64,000 nucleotides of DNA from Candidatus Uhrbacteria bacterium (lineage in GTDB: Bacteria; Patescibacteriota; Patescibacteriia; GWA2-47-26). How positions within the stretch are numbered: the stretch's first letter is position 1; every line of letters begins with the position of its first letter. The notes beneath the pieces were generated by a model. It made no database searches, was not told the DNA's origin, and saw only the letters and a program-made list of their open reading frames with translations. This document shows, one piece after another, positions 28,807 to 38,557 of this stretch. The stretch spans positions 4,525 to 68,524 of the forward strand of contig JACPJN010000008.1 of NCBI GenBank assembly GCA_016187515.1, in the 5' to 3' direction. The translations under genes and the position numbers were made by a program.

Positions 28807-29415
28807 ATGAATCAGGAGGAAATTAAAAAGTTCTTGGAGTCATTTCAATCAAGGCAAGACAGGACTATCGTGATTGTTGATTATGGAAATGTAGAAAAGT
28901 GGAAAAATAGCTTAGGTTGGAAAGTTGGTATTAAGCAGTTGGGTAATCTTGTAAAACACTTTTCCAGCGGCAAGCAATTTTTACGTAGATTCTACTACGG
29001 GTCAGATTATGGGAAGAATGAGCGATCAACTTTGCGGTCCGAGTGGTCACGCTCGGCTACCGATCGCGCAAAGATGAACCGTTTTGAGGTGGTGACGAAA
29101 CGCGTCAAATGTATGCATAGCCAATCCAGCAAATATGGCTTTGAAAAGAAATGCGACTTAGATGTGGAGATGACCGTTGATCTTATCAAGGAGCGTGATA
29201 ATTATGACACGATTATTATCTTTTCAGGTGACGGAGACCTAATGTATGCAATTCGATATTTACGCGACATGTATGACAAGAAGTGTATTGTGTTTGGAGC
29301 CCGCGGACATATTGGGAGAGAGGTATTTGATGCGAAAGTTGAGGGGTTTGTAAATAATATTTTGTTTGCTGATGACTTTGAATATCGCCTTAATGACGCA
29401 CGATTTCGATGCTAA
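28807..29415 (+). CDS. NYN domain (LabA/DUF88) protein
   Basis: IVDYGNV, KKCDLDVEMTVD, FSGDGD acidic motifs. Confidence 0.9.
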   Translation: MNQEEIKKFLESFQSRQDRTIVIVDYGNVEKWKNSLGWKVGIKQLGNLVKHFSSGKQFLRRFYYGSDYGKNERSTLRSEWSRSATDRAKMNRFEVVTKRVKCMHSQSSKYGFEKKCDLDVEMTVDLIKERDNYDTIIIFSGDGDLMYAIRYLRDMYDKKCIVFGARGHIGREVFDAKVEGFVNNILFADDFEYRLNDARFRC

Positions 29416-29622
29416 AAATCAAAAACCCGCCCAAATAGGCGGATTTTGATCAAAATGGGGTAAGCCCAAAGCTTACATTAATAATGTATCAAGCAAGCGC
29501 TGATTTGTCAATAGTTTTATCCACATGCGGTTTTTGGTTGAAAATCAGGCCATTCGGGCTTGAGTTTTTGTTTTTGAGGTGGTAGAGTGGGGGAATATGG
29601 CAATGCACAATTGAACACTCGG

Positions 29623-29820
29623 TCTGCGATTCGCGCGAATCGCAGACCGAGAGGTGGGGAGGTGCGGGTCAACTCAATATCACCACCGCATCCCCCAAAT
29701 GTCATCCCCGAGCGGCATCGGGGATCCAGTCAATTTCCCCTCTCCGACCGAGGTCGGAGGGATTAAGGCCTGCCCGCCAATCGCCTGACGGCTCAAGCCG
29801 GATGGCAGGCGGGGGTGGTT
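29623..29820 (+). repeat. Long island repeat L, copy 2
   Basis: Near-identical to 28581-28752 and 30893-31089. Confidence 0.93.
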
Positions 29821-29910
29821 GCCAACCGCCCGCCCCAAGCCCCAATCGGGCTTGATTTTTTGTTTTTCAAGGGTTTACTTCAATGCTAAAAGGTGGTAGA
29901 GTGGGGGAAT

Positions 29911-30627
29911 ATGAATGAGGAGGAAAAAATAAGAGAGATGGCCATCGAGTTTGCGAAGCGAAATAAAAAGCGTATCGCAAAAGTACTGACTGATCCAAAG
30001 GTGTATGCGCCGGATCCTAATCCGATATCGGTGTTTATGGCTGGTTCTCCCGGCGCGGGGAAAACGGAATTGTCAAAAAACCTGATTGATCTTTTGGAAC
30101 GGGAACGAGAGCGCCGCGTCATTCGTATTGATGGCGATGAAGTCCGTCCGCTTATCCCCGGATATACCGGGGTAAATTCAAACTTATTTCATGGCGCTAT
30201 ATCTCTTATCGTTGAAAAAATGCAGGATTTGGCGTTGCATCAAGGTCAAACGTTTATATTGGACGGAACCATGGCAAATACTAATAAAGCAGTTGATAAT
30301 GTGCAGAGGTCGCTCGATAAGAATCGCACGGTTATAGTGTTTTATGTTTACCAACGACCCGAAGTCGCTTGGCAGTTTACACAAGCTCGCGAAGCGAAAG
30401 AAGGAAGGAATATACCCAAGTCGGCATTTATTGAACAATTCTTTGGTGCAAAGGATACCGTGCGCCGCGTTCATGAATTATTTCCAAGGAACGTAATGAC
30501 GTTTCTCGTAAAAAAGGATTTCAAAAATCGGACAGTTGAACATGTTAAGCTTGAGCATTCCGGTGCCGCGCTTGACACATATATCGGGGAGACGTATACT
30601 AAAGATGAACTTGAGCAACACTTATGA
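29911..30627 (+). CDS. Zeta-toxin-like P-loop kinase
   Basis: FMAGSPGAGKT, RIDGD, FILDGT, EGRNIP. Confidence 0.85.
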   Translation: MNEEEKIREMAIEFAKRNKKRIAKVLTDPKVYAPDPNPISVFMAGSPGAGKTELSKNLIDLLERERERRVIRIDGDEVRPLIPGYTGVNSNLFHGAISLIVEKMQDLALHQGQTFILDGTMANTNKAVDNVQRSLDKNRTVIVFYVYQRPEVAWQFTQAREAKEGRNIPKSAFIEQFFGAKDTVRRVHELFPRNVMTFLVKKDFKNRTVEHVKLEHSGAALDTYIGETYTKDELEQHL

Positions 30628-30806
30628 AATTATTCAATATTTTTAAAAAACCAACTGAAGCCAAGCGTTCAGGGGGTTTTTCCGATTTCTTTTTGCATGC
30701 AAACGAAGAAGAAAAACGCAGAGTTATTGAAGAGGCCGCGCGGCGGGCCAACGAGGATCAACGCCGTCTGGTTGAACAATACGAAGCCCAAAAGAAAACC
30801 GCCTAA
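30624..30806 (+). CDS. Small protein coupled to zeta-like gene
   Basis: ATGA overlap; FSDFF...EEKRRV...RANEDQR; terminator follows. Confidence 0.65.
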   Translation: MKLFNIFKKPTEAKRSGGFSDFFLHANEEEKRRVIEEAARRANEDQRRLVEQYEAQKKTA

Positions 30807-30821
30807 CCCGGGCGGTTTTTT
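30796..30821 (+). terminator. Intrinsic terminator
   Basis: AAACCGCC-taacccg-GGCGGTTTTTT. Confidence 0.7.
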
Positions 30822-30892
30822 AGTACATCATAGAAACAGCCATGCTCACAGCTCACAAATCACCAAGCTCACAAAGGGCTTGATTTTTTCTA

Positions 30893-31089
30893 TTCTGCGA
30901 TTCTGCGGAATCGCAGACCAAGAGGTGGGGAGGTGCGGGTCAACTCAATGTCATCACCGCGCCCCCCAATGTCATCCCCGACCTGATCGGGGATCCAGTC
31001 AATTTCCCCTCTCCGACCGAGGTCGGAGGGATTAAGACCTGCCCGCCAATCGCCTGACGGCTCAAGCCGGATGGCAGGCGGGGGTGGTT
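30893..31089 (+). repeat. Long island repeat L, copy 3
   Basis: Near-identical to copy 2. Confidence 0.93.
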
Positions 31090-31210
31090 GCAAACAATCC
31101 GCCAATCAATTCCTCCCCTTAAGGTAAGGGGAGGCGAGGAGGGGTTATGCTTCCGTCTCAATCCCAATCGGAGTTGATTTTTTGTTTTTGAGGTGGTAGG
31201 ATAGGGGAAT

Positions 31211-31915
31211 ATGGAGGACACAAATCAAACTACAAACAAGGCCTTTACAATCCATGATCTGCCTTTTGAGGAGCGTCCGCGAGAGCGACTGGCGCAACTT
31301 GGTGAACAAGCGCTTTCAGCACAGGAATTGTTGCAGATTATTCTTGGCCGAGGCGTGGCCGGAGAATCAGTCGCGGTAACTTCCCAAAAGTTAATTTCAC
31401 GCTTTGGCAGTCTTCCAAAACTATCCGAAGCAAGTGTTGAAGAATTATCGCAGATAAAAGGCATTGGTCTTGCGAAAGCCGCTCAAATTAAAGCCGCGTT
31501 TGAAATCGGGCGGCGGGTTTCCACGCAGACCGCGCCTTACAAAAGCAAAGAGCTGAATGATCCTGAAAAAGTATTTCGGCTGATAAAAAGCAAACTCAAG
31601 GATTATCACAAAGAGCATTTTTACATTATTCCCATCAATAGTAGGAATTGGTCGGTGGCGGAAGTATCCATTGGCACACTTAACGCCAGCTTAGTGCATC
31701 CCCGCGAGGCATTTTCGCAAGCGATAAAGGCGAACGCCGCCTCGGTAATTTTCGCGCACAACCACCCGTCCGGAGATCCTGAACCTTCCGAAGACGACCT
31801 TGCAATCACAAAACGACTGGTTGAGGCGGGAAAACTGCTAGGAATTGAAGTGTTGGATCACCTTGTTGTCGTTCAAAATGGATTTTTTAGTTTCAAGGAG
31901 AAAGGCCTGATTTAG
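31211..31915 (+). CDS. radC: RadC family JAB-domain protein
   Basis: ERPRERL, KGIGLAKA, VHPRE, HNHPSGDPEPSEDD, LDH. Confidence 0.94.
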   Translation: MEDTNQTTNKAFTIHDLPFEERPRERLAQLGEQALSAQELLQIILGRGVAGESVAVTSQKLISRFGSLPKLSEASVEELSQIKGIGLAKAAQIKAAFEIGRRVSTQTAPYKSKELNDPEKVFRLIKSKLKDYHKEHFYIIPINSRNWSVAEVSIGTLNASLVHPREAFSQAIKANAASVIFAHNHPSGDPEPSEDDLAITKRLVEAGKLLGIEVLDHLVVVQNGFFSFKEKGLI

Positions 31916-31932
31916 TTATACACAGCCGGAGT

Positions 31933-31967
31933 TTGACAGAATTCAGGATGTACATTATTATGTACAT
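31933..31967 (+). promoter_or_regulatory. Sigma70 promoter overlapped by a YefM-type operator
   Basis: TTGACA-17-TATTAT; ATGTACAT at 31948-31955 and 31960-31967. Confidence 0.8.
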
Positions 31968-32052
31968 ATCATCATTTTAAAAATGATGCGGGATAAAACC
32001 CTGTAAAAATGTTTCTCGCAGTACGTAACTGCAGTTAACAAACGGAAACGCT

Positions 32053-32424
32053 ATGAATACTAAGACCACCATATCCATATCCGAGGCAAGGAAAAATATT
32101 TTTGACATCGCAGATGATGTTCAAAAACCAAATAATTATTACACACTAACCGAAAACGGACGGCCTAAGGCAGTCATTCTTTCGGCTGAAGAATTTGAGT
32201 CATGGCAGGAAACTCTTGAGGTAATGCGCGATTTTCCGGATTTGGATAAGGACGTAAAGGAAACGGATCGTGCGGTTGCAAGCGGTGAATGCAAGAAATG
32301 GGCGACTCTTGATGATATTCTTGCCAAAGAAGGATATATTGTGGCGGACCGGCCTAAACAAAAATATGGAGTATCAACTAAGGTTCAAATCAAGCGCGGA
32401 AAGAGAGTTAGAAAAAATAGATAG
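32053..32424 (+). CDS. Phd/YefM family antitoxin
   Basis: ISISEARKN, LTENGRPKAVILSAEEFESWQETLE. Confidence 0.9.
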   Translation: MNTKTTISISEARKNIFDIADDVQKPNNYYTLTENGRPKAVILSAEEFESWQETLEVMRDFPDLDKDVKETDRAVASGECKKWATLDDILAKEGYIVADRPKQKYGVSTKVQIKRGKRVRKNR

Positions 32425-32617
32425 TCGTTATAAACCCCGCATCCTTGAGGCAATCGTCAGCATTAGGCAGGATCCCTATATTGGCAAGAAATTAGAGGGG
32501 GATAGAAAAGGAGAATGGTCATATCGCGTATGGCCATATCGTATTATTTATCGCATTTACAAACACGAATTGTTGATAATCATCATCCGCATCGGGCACC
32601 GGCAGGGGGTGTATTAA
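32366..32617 (+). CDS. RelE/ParE family toxin
   Basis: AERELEKI, GKKLEG, YRVWPYRIIY, IGHRQGVY. Confidence 0.9.
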   Translation: MEYQLRFKSSAERELEKIDSRYKPRILEAIVSIRQDPYIGKKLEGDRKGEWSYRVWPYRIIYRIYKHELLIIIIRIGHRQGVY

Positions 32618-32620
32618 AAT

Positions 32621-35023
32621 ATGACACAATATAAAAATCTGGAAGAAAAAATTGGTGCATACCTGGACAGCAATGAAAAACAGACTGTCAATTTTAAGGC
32701 CAGTGATTGGAGTGTTGTGTATGGTAATAAAATTAAACAGCATAAGGTTGTAAATAAAGTTACAGGAGATGAGGAATTTGTACGAATGTATTTGGTTTCA
32801 AAATTAGTGAACGAATTAGGGTATAAAGATGAAAATATTGAACTCGAAAAAACTTACCAAGCAGGACGACCCAAAACTATAAAGCCTAGGATTGACGTTA
32901 TTGTAAAAGATTCAAAAGGCAATCCTTTCTTTTTTATAGAGATTAAAGCTCCTGAAGAATTTGAAGCGGGTAAAAGTTTGATTGAAGATCAACTCTTCGG
33001 GTTGGCGGCGTTGGAGGAGGGAAAGTACGGTACGAATATAAAATATTTAGTTTACTTTTCAGTTGACGTCAATGATGTTGGTGCAATTAGAGATAAGTTA
33101 ATTGTGATTGATTACCAAAAATACCGTACATATGAGGTATGGGAAAAAGATGGTTTTCTGTCAGTAGCGGATGAATTGCCCGCGCGATACGAAATGGCAC
33201 AGAAAGAACCCTATATAAAAGGTGGCAAGAAGGATTTACTAAAAACTTTTGATAAAACTGATTTGAATTCCTTACGTGCAAACTTGCACAATGTACTATG
33301 GGGTGGTGGCGGTACAGATGATAATGACGTATTCGCCTATTTGGTAAATATAGTATTGGCCAAGATTCAAGATGAAGGTGAAAAAGCAGATGGTGAAAAA
33401 TATGATTTTCAGATCTTTACCTATGAAAAACAAGGGGGTGAAAAGTTTGAAAGCGATGAAGAGCTTTTCGAGAGAATTAATGGACTATATAGGCGAGCAC
33501 TCAAACAAAGACTGTATATAACCGATGAGGCGAAGTTAAAAAAGAGTTTTGTTATTGATGAAAACAAATTTTCTTTGAACAAATTAAAATATGCGGTTGG
33601 TGCATTAGAAAAATATTCTTTTGTTGATGGAAAAAATAATTTTGATGGCAAAGATATTTTGGGCGACTTTTTTGAGGGTATTATTCGTGAGGGGTTTAAA
33701 CAGACAAAGGGTCAATTTTTTACGCATATCAATGTGGTCCGGTTCATGCTTTGGGGTCTGCAGCTTGATAAGCTCGCCATTGAAAGGGTAAATAAGGATG
33801 TTGAACTGCCGTATCTTATTGATCCAAGTGCAGGCAGTGGCACATTTCTTATTGAATACATGAAATTTATTACTGACAATCTCAAGCGGAGATTTAGGAA
33901 TCAACTTGCGAAAAAACGAGATGTCGAGGATAAATTTCATCAGTGGTTTTTACCAGACCATCGTGAGAATAAATGGGCAGAAAAATTTATCTACGGTGTA
34001 GAGATAAATTTTAATCTCGGAACTGCTACTAAGGTGAACATGATCCTGCATGGTGACGGTTCCACCAATGTTTTTGTCAAGGATGGTCTTTTGCCATTTC
34101 GATTTTATGATAAGGAGACGGCACCGAATTTTCTTAAGCAATACGAGGAAGAAAAGACGTATTTTGATAAGGAGGTAAATGCGCAATTTGATGTAGTCAT
34201 TAGCAATCCACCCTTTAGTGTTGATTTGGATAATGAAACAAAAAAGAGTGTGAAGAAGGAGTTTATCTTTGGTGATAAAAAGAACTCGGAAAATTTGTTT
34301 ATAGAAAGGTGGTATCAATTACTGCGTGAAAATGGCCGACTAGGAGTTGTTTTGCCCGAAAGCGTGTTTGACACCACGGAAAACAAATATATCCGCCTGT
34401 TCATCTATAAATATTTCAAAGTAAAAGCAGTCGTGAGTTTGCCCCAGCTTACCTTTGAGCCATTTACTTCCACTAAAACCAGCCTGCTTTTCGCCCAAAA
34501 GAAAACCAAAGCAGAAATAGAAGAATGGAATAAACTCTGGAGCAAATACTCAAACGAATGGAGCGCGCTCAAAACCCGATGTGAAAATCTACTTGCTGTA
34601 TACCTTGAAGACAAAGACAGAAAAAAACTGCCCTCGATTAAGGATCTGAAAGAAGCTGAAGAAAAGCAAATTCTCGCGCGAATGCTCAAGGATTATCTTG
34701 AAGAAGACGACAAGAAGCTTTCTGCTAAGGCGCTGGTAGAAAAGTATCAAGACGAGCTCAAAGAGCTTTGCAAATACGATAATGACACCAAGGACGCATT
34801 TGGCTTTGTAAATACTTGGTGGGTATTTGGCGAAGTGGCAAAAGAGCTCAATTACAAAATCTTTATGGCGGAAGTGGAAAATGTGGGCTACAAGCGCACC
34901 AAGCGCGGCGAAAAACCGATGTCAAACGAACTATATCGCACAAACAGCAAGGGTGAGATTTTGATTGATGACGGCGAAACCAGAACCGCGCTGGATTATA
35001 TGAGAAAAATTGAGTGGGAGTAA
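32621..35023 (+). CDS. Fused restriction endonuclease / N6-adenine methyltransferase (BcgI-like RM subunit)
   Basis: N-terminal RID...IEIK nuclease motif; GQFFT, DPSAGSGTFL, NPPF. Confidence 0.88.
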   Translation: MTQYKNLEEKIGAYLDSNEKQTVNFKASDWSVVYGNKIKQHKVVNKVTGDEEFVRMYLVSKLVNELGYKDENIELEKTYQAGRPKTIKPRIDVIVKDSKGNPFFFIEIKAPEEFEAGKSLIEDQLFGLAALEEGKYGTNIKYLVYFSVDVNDVGAIRDKLIVIDYQKYRTYEVWEKDGFLSVADELPARYEMAQKEPYIKGGKKDLLKTFDKTDLNSLRANLHNVLWGGGGTDDNDVFAYLVNIVLAKIQDEGEKADGEKYDFQIFTYEKQGGEKFESDEELFERINGLYRRALKQRLYITDEAKLKKSFVIDENKFSLNKLKYAVGALEKYSFVDGKNNFDGKDILGDFFEGIIREGFKQTKGQFFTHINVVRFMLWGLQLDKLAIERVNKDVELPYLIDPSAGSGTFLIEYMKFITDNLKRRFRNQLAKKRDVEDKFHQWFLPDHRENKWAEKFIYGVEINFNLGTATKVNMILHGDGSTNVFVKDGLLPFRFYDKETAPNFLKQYEEEKTYFDKEVNAQFDVVISNPPFSVDLDNETKKSVKKEFIFGDKKNSENLFIERWYQLLRENGRLGVVLPESVFDTTENKYIRLFIYKYFKVKAVVSLPQLTFEPFTSTKTSLLFAQKKTKAEIEEWNKLWSKYSNEWSALKTRCENLLAVYLEDKDRKKLPSIKDLKEAEEKQILARMLKDYLEEDDKKLSAKALVEKYQDELKELCKYDNDTKDAFGFVNTWWVFGEVAKELNYKIFMAEVENVGYKRTKRGEKPMSNELYRTNSKGEILIDDGETRTALDYMRKIEWE

Positions 35024-35027
35024 ATCT

Positions 35028-35966
35028 ATGTTTAAGCTTTGGAGTGAGCAAAATAATGAGGCGAAACAATTACTGAGTCCCAACCTTGATTTAAGGAGTT
35101 GGGACGATCTTTCAAATGAAGAAAAGGAAAAGATGTGGAATTTCCTTAAAGAATGGTTTAATCGCGAGGATGACCCGCGAGTTTTACTCGCGATTATTCA
35201 TTTAAATGAAGTGCATAAATTTAGGTCGTATGCGAGGGCGACGTTAGAGCATCCTTCTCCGAGGAGTTCCTCTGCGGATTTTAAGAATATATTTTTTAAT
35301 GAGAGCCGCCATGTTGTATTAGAATGCTTATCCTGCTTTTGCAAATCTGTTCTCGACGAACGCCGGCGTGATAGCGGGAGAATTTATCGACATGATTATG
35401 ATTCAGATGAAGAATACATGGAGGCATTGACCAGATGGCGATTTAACGAATTTGATAAATTCACAGAGAGAATCAATGATGTCTTTGAACATTTCAGTAT
35501 TAATTTGATTCTTACTCGAAGCGGATTTATTGATAGACAGGATCCGAAAGTAGTGCAGGAAATTTATGTACCAGTTTTAAATTTTCTTTCCTTGCCGAAA
35601 TGGAGAGATGTTAACAGAGACCTCAGTGATGCCTTCAAGGAATATCAAATAAAGACCGCGCAGAGTTATAGTAATTGCATCACGCATGCGGTCTCAGGCG
35701 TGCAGGCTTTTTTGCAGATTTTGGTGCATGAGCAAACAGGCGGCGAATATGGTATTAGCAACCTTATAAAACAAGCGCAAGAAAAAGGTCTCATTCCGGA
35801 GGATAAATTTTCCAATGCCATTTTTAAAAACGTAGAAACAATTTTGATGGGTGAGAGAGGGAAAACTGGAGATGCTCATCCAAAGCAAGAATATGCGAAT
35901 GAAAAGAACGCTCGTTTGGTCTTAAATTTGATTATGATATTCATCCAGCACTGTATTCAGAAATAA
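35028..35966 (+). CDS. Hypothetical protein in RM operon (AbiJ/Abi_C-like)
   Basis: Between MTase and S subunit; C-terminal R(x5)AH motif RGKTGDAH. Confidence 0.55.
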   Translation: MFKLWSEQNNEAKQLLSPNLDLRSWDDLSNEEKEKMWNFLKEWFNREDDPRVLLAIIHLNEVHKFRSYARATLEHPSPRSSSADFKNIFFNESRHVVLECLSCFCKSVLDERRRDSGRIYRHDYDSDEEYMEALTRWRFNEFDKFTERINDVFEHFSINLILTRSGFIDRQDPKVVQEIYVPVLNFLSLPKWRDVNRDLSDAFKEYQIKTAQSYSNCITHAVSGVQAFLQILVHEQTGGEYGISNLIKQAQEKGLIPEDKFSNAIFKNVETILMGERGKTGDAHPKQEYANEKNARLVLNLIMIFIQHCIQK

Positions 35967-35968
35967 CT

Positions 35969-37426
35969 ATGTCACTAAAACAATTTACAACTGACTTTCG
36001 GGAATTAGCTCAAGATAGTTTTTTGAGAAGTGACGAGAAATACCATGTCTTTTTAAATTCATCAGACTGGAATTTATTCGGTAACAAAGACAAAGATTTG
36101 GTAGCACTGAGAGACATTTTGATTGATGACTACCAAAATTTTAAATATGACGAGGGCGAGGAGTACAAAGGAATCCCGACAGGACAAACATATTTGGACG
36201 AAGACGGTTATATCAAAAGTTTCGATTTAGTAACGGCCGAAGATCATCCTGGGAGGTTGAAATATAGAGTTTCAAATGACAATATTCTTATTTCAAGCTT
36301 GAGATTGGCAAAATCTCCCGCTTTGTATTTTGAAAAAGAATATTTGGCTGGTTATGTTTTTTCAAACGGCTTTTATATCTATAAAGTCAAAGAGGGATGG
36401 AACAAGAAATTTCTTTTGTATATTTTACGGACAAAACGATTAAAAAGTATTTTGGATAATAACATCTATAGGGGCATTGGAATTTCTGCATACAAAGATG
36501 ATGATTTAAAGAAAATAAAAATTCCTCTAGTTTCAAAATCTACCCAAGACAAAATCGTTGCACGAATTGAGCCAATTGAGAAGAGGATTAAAGAGCTCAA
36601 AAATCAGATCACGCCGCCGCAGGAGGTTATCAATGAAGTTTTTGCACGAGAGTTTAAGTTTGATTTAAAGAAGTTTGAGGAACTAAAGAATATCAAGAAT
36701 TATTATCTTGAGCTGTCTAAATTTGCGGACAATAGAGATATTCGGCAAAGCGTTAAATTTCACAGAGAAGCAGGGGCATTTGTGATAGATCAGTCGAAAA
36801 AAGTTACCAACAAAAAAATAAAGCATTTTTTGGCGGAGCCGATCGTGCTTGGTAAAGGCGTTTCGCCTTCAAATTATGACGAGAATGGTGACTACTTCTA
36901 TGTTTCAATGGCGAATATCAAAAACTGGAAATTCGAAAGCGAAGATTCAAAATTAGTTTCAAACGAATATTCAAAAAAAAATCAGAACAAAACAGTTGCA
37001 AAAAACGATATTTTAATCGCCCGTTCCGGCGAGGGAACTATAGGGAAAGTCGCGCTAATTGACGATGAAGATTTGAAGGGAATTTTTGCCGATTTTACAA
37101 TGCGAGTTAGATTGCAAAATTATGCCCCTTTGTTTGCTTATTATTATTTTAGAACTGAATATTTCCAGTATTTAGTCGAGGTGAATAAAAAAGGACTTGG
37201 AAACAATACCAACATTTTCCCGAGCCAGATTCAGGAATTTCCGATGATTGATGTTTCTCTCAAAAACCAGCAAAAAATTGTGGCCGAAATCAAGACGGAG
37301 CTGGACGCGCAGGAAGAAATGAACCGAAAAATTGAAACCGAGCGAAATAAAATAGATGAAATCATAGAAAAGCTGATCCAGCATGCGAGATATCAACCCA
37401 CACCAGAACGGTTTTACAGCCCTTGA
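35969..37426 (+). CDS. RM specificity subunit (HsdS-like)
   Basis: Two TRDs with conserved helices IKIPL...Q.KIV and Q.KIVAEI; DILIARSGEGTIGK. Confidence 0.85.
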   Translation: MSLKQFTTDFRELAQDSFLRSDEKYHVFLNSSDWNLFGNKDKDLVALRDILIDDYQNFKYDEGEEYKGIPTGQTYLDEDGYIKSFDLVTAEDHPGRLKYRVSNDNILISSLRLAKSPALYFEKEYLAGYVFSNGFYIYKVKEGWNKKFLLYILRTKRLKSILDNNIYRGIGISAYKDDDLKKIKIPLVSKSTQDKIVARIEPIEKRIKELKNQITPPQEVINEVFAREFKFDLKKFEELKNIKNYYLELSKFADNRDIRQSVKFHREAGAFVIDQSKKVTNKKIKHFLAEPIVLGKGVSPSNYDENGDYFYVSMANIKNWKFESEDSKLVSNEYSKKNQNKTVAKNDILIARSGEGTIGKVALIDDEDLKGIFADFTMRVRLQNYAPLFAYYYFRTEYFQYLVEVNKKGLGNNTNIFPSQIQEFPMIDVSLKNQQKIVAEIKTELDAQEEMNRKIETERNKIDEIIEKLIQHARYQPTPERFYSP

Positions 37427-37465
37427 CTTTGTGTAGTTAATCAGTATAATGATTAGACAATTGCT

Positions 37466-38359
37466 ATGTCAGATCCATTTACAATTCGTATATTTGTTCC
37501 GGAGGGCGATCCGGAAGGGATTCGTATTATTGATCGCCTTAATTCGACAGGTACTTTTTTTGCATTTCCAAGAGCAAAATGGGCGCAAATGCGCAATCAT
37601 GAAAAACTTAATCAAGCCGGAATTTATATTTTAAACGGTTATGCAAATCCGGACGATGAATTGCCGACTATTTATGTTGGTCAAGCAGATGTAGTTAAGA
37701 ATAGAATTGAGCAGCATACGCGGAATAAAGATTTTTGGGACAAAGGAGTGGTGTTTGTTTCTTCAAACATGAATGTGACATACGCAAAGTGGCTTGAGTA
37801 TGCCCTAGTTAAGCAAGCATCGGAGGCTGGACGGAGTATACTTGAAAATGGTAATAATCCGCAGGAGCCCAACATTTCTGAATCGGAAAAAGCGGACATG
37901 CAAGTTTTTCTAAAGGAAATCTATCAGACATTACCGCTCGTTGGTCTGAGTGCATTTGAGATACCTAAGACAGTTGCGAAGCCGGAGACAGTGCGCCAAG
38001 AACATGCCAGCGATAGAGATACGATTGTGGTTCCGGCTCAAGAGGATGGATTTAAGCGGGTATTCCTCGGAGAAAATGCGTGGTGGTCTGTTCGCATATC
38101 CGGCGGCATGCTTGATAAGATTCGATATATCGCAGCATATCAAGTCGCACCAATAAAAGCCATTACACATATTGCTCAAGTGAATCGTATTGAACCGTAT
38201 GGTGAAGAGGGAAAATACAAATTAATCTTTACAGAGCCCGCAAGGCGTTTGGATAATCCAATTCCATTTGGCAATGCGCCACAGGGGATGATGCAAGGTC
38301 CAAAATACACGAATTTTGAAAAATTGAAGAAGGCAAAACAATTAACGGATCTTTTTTAA
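37466..38359 (+). CDS. GIY-YIG nuclease domain protein
   Basis: GIYIL...IYVGQA...RIEQH...KDFW; extra C-terminal domain. Confidence 0.82.
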   Translation: MSDPFTIRIFVPEGDPEGIRIIDRLNSTGTFFAFPRAKWAQMRNHEKLNQAGIYILNGYANPDDELPTIYVGQADVVKNRIEQHTRNKDFWDKGVVFVSSNMNVTYAKWLEYALVKQASEAGRSILENGNNPQEPNISESEKADMQVFLKEIYQTLPLVGLSAFEIPKTVAKPETVRQEHASDRDTIVVPAQEDGFKRVFLGENAWWSVRISGGMLDKIRYIAAYQVAPIKAITHIAQVNRIEPYGEEGKYKLIFTEPARRLDNPIPFGNAPQGMMQGPKYTNFEKLKKAKQLTDLF

Positions 38360-38384
38360 GTGTGTAGTGAATTTAACCCCGCAC

Positions 38385-38557
38385 ACTCATCCTTACAAAC
38401 TCCAGTATTTAAGGATGAAAGTGGTCATACAGATTTTTGCACTGGATAGAGGGCCTTGCGCCGGATTCCGTGGCCTGCCCCCACACCAATTTTAGAAATA
38501 TTGGTGTGGGGGCAGGCCGCGAGGCATTTGTGCTTATATATTTTTTCCGTGGATGAT
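38385..38557 (+). repeat. ~172-bp island repeat A, copy 1
   Basis: TCATCCTTA...TAAGGATGA, CCCCACACCAA..TTGGTGTGGGG hairpin; copy 2 at 39768-39939. Confidence 0.9.

Noticed and set aside
28500-31213. CRISPR array or classical integron
   Set aside because: Repeats are ~200 bp with gene-sized intervals; no tyrosine integrase or clear attC RYYYAAC/GTTRRRY ends seen.
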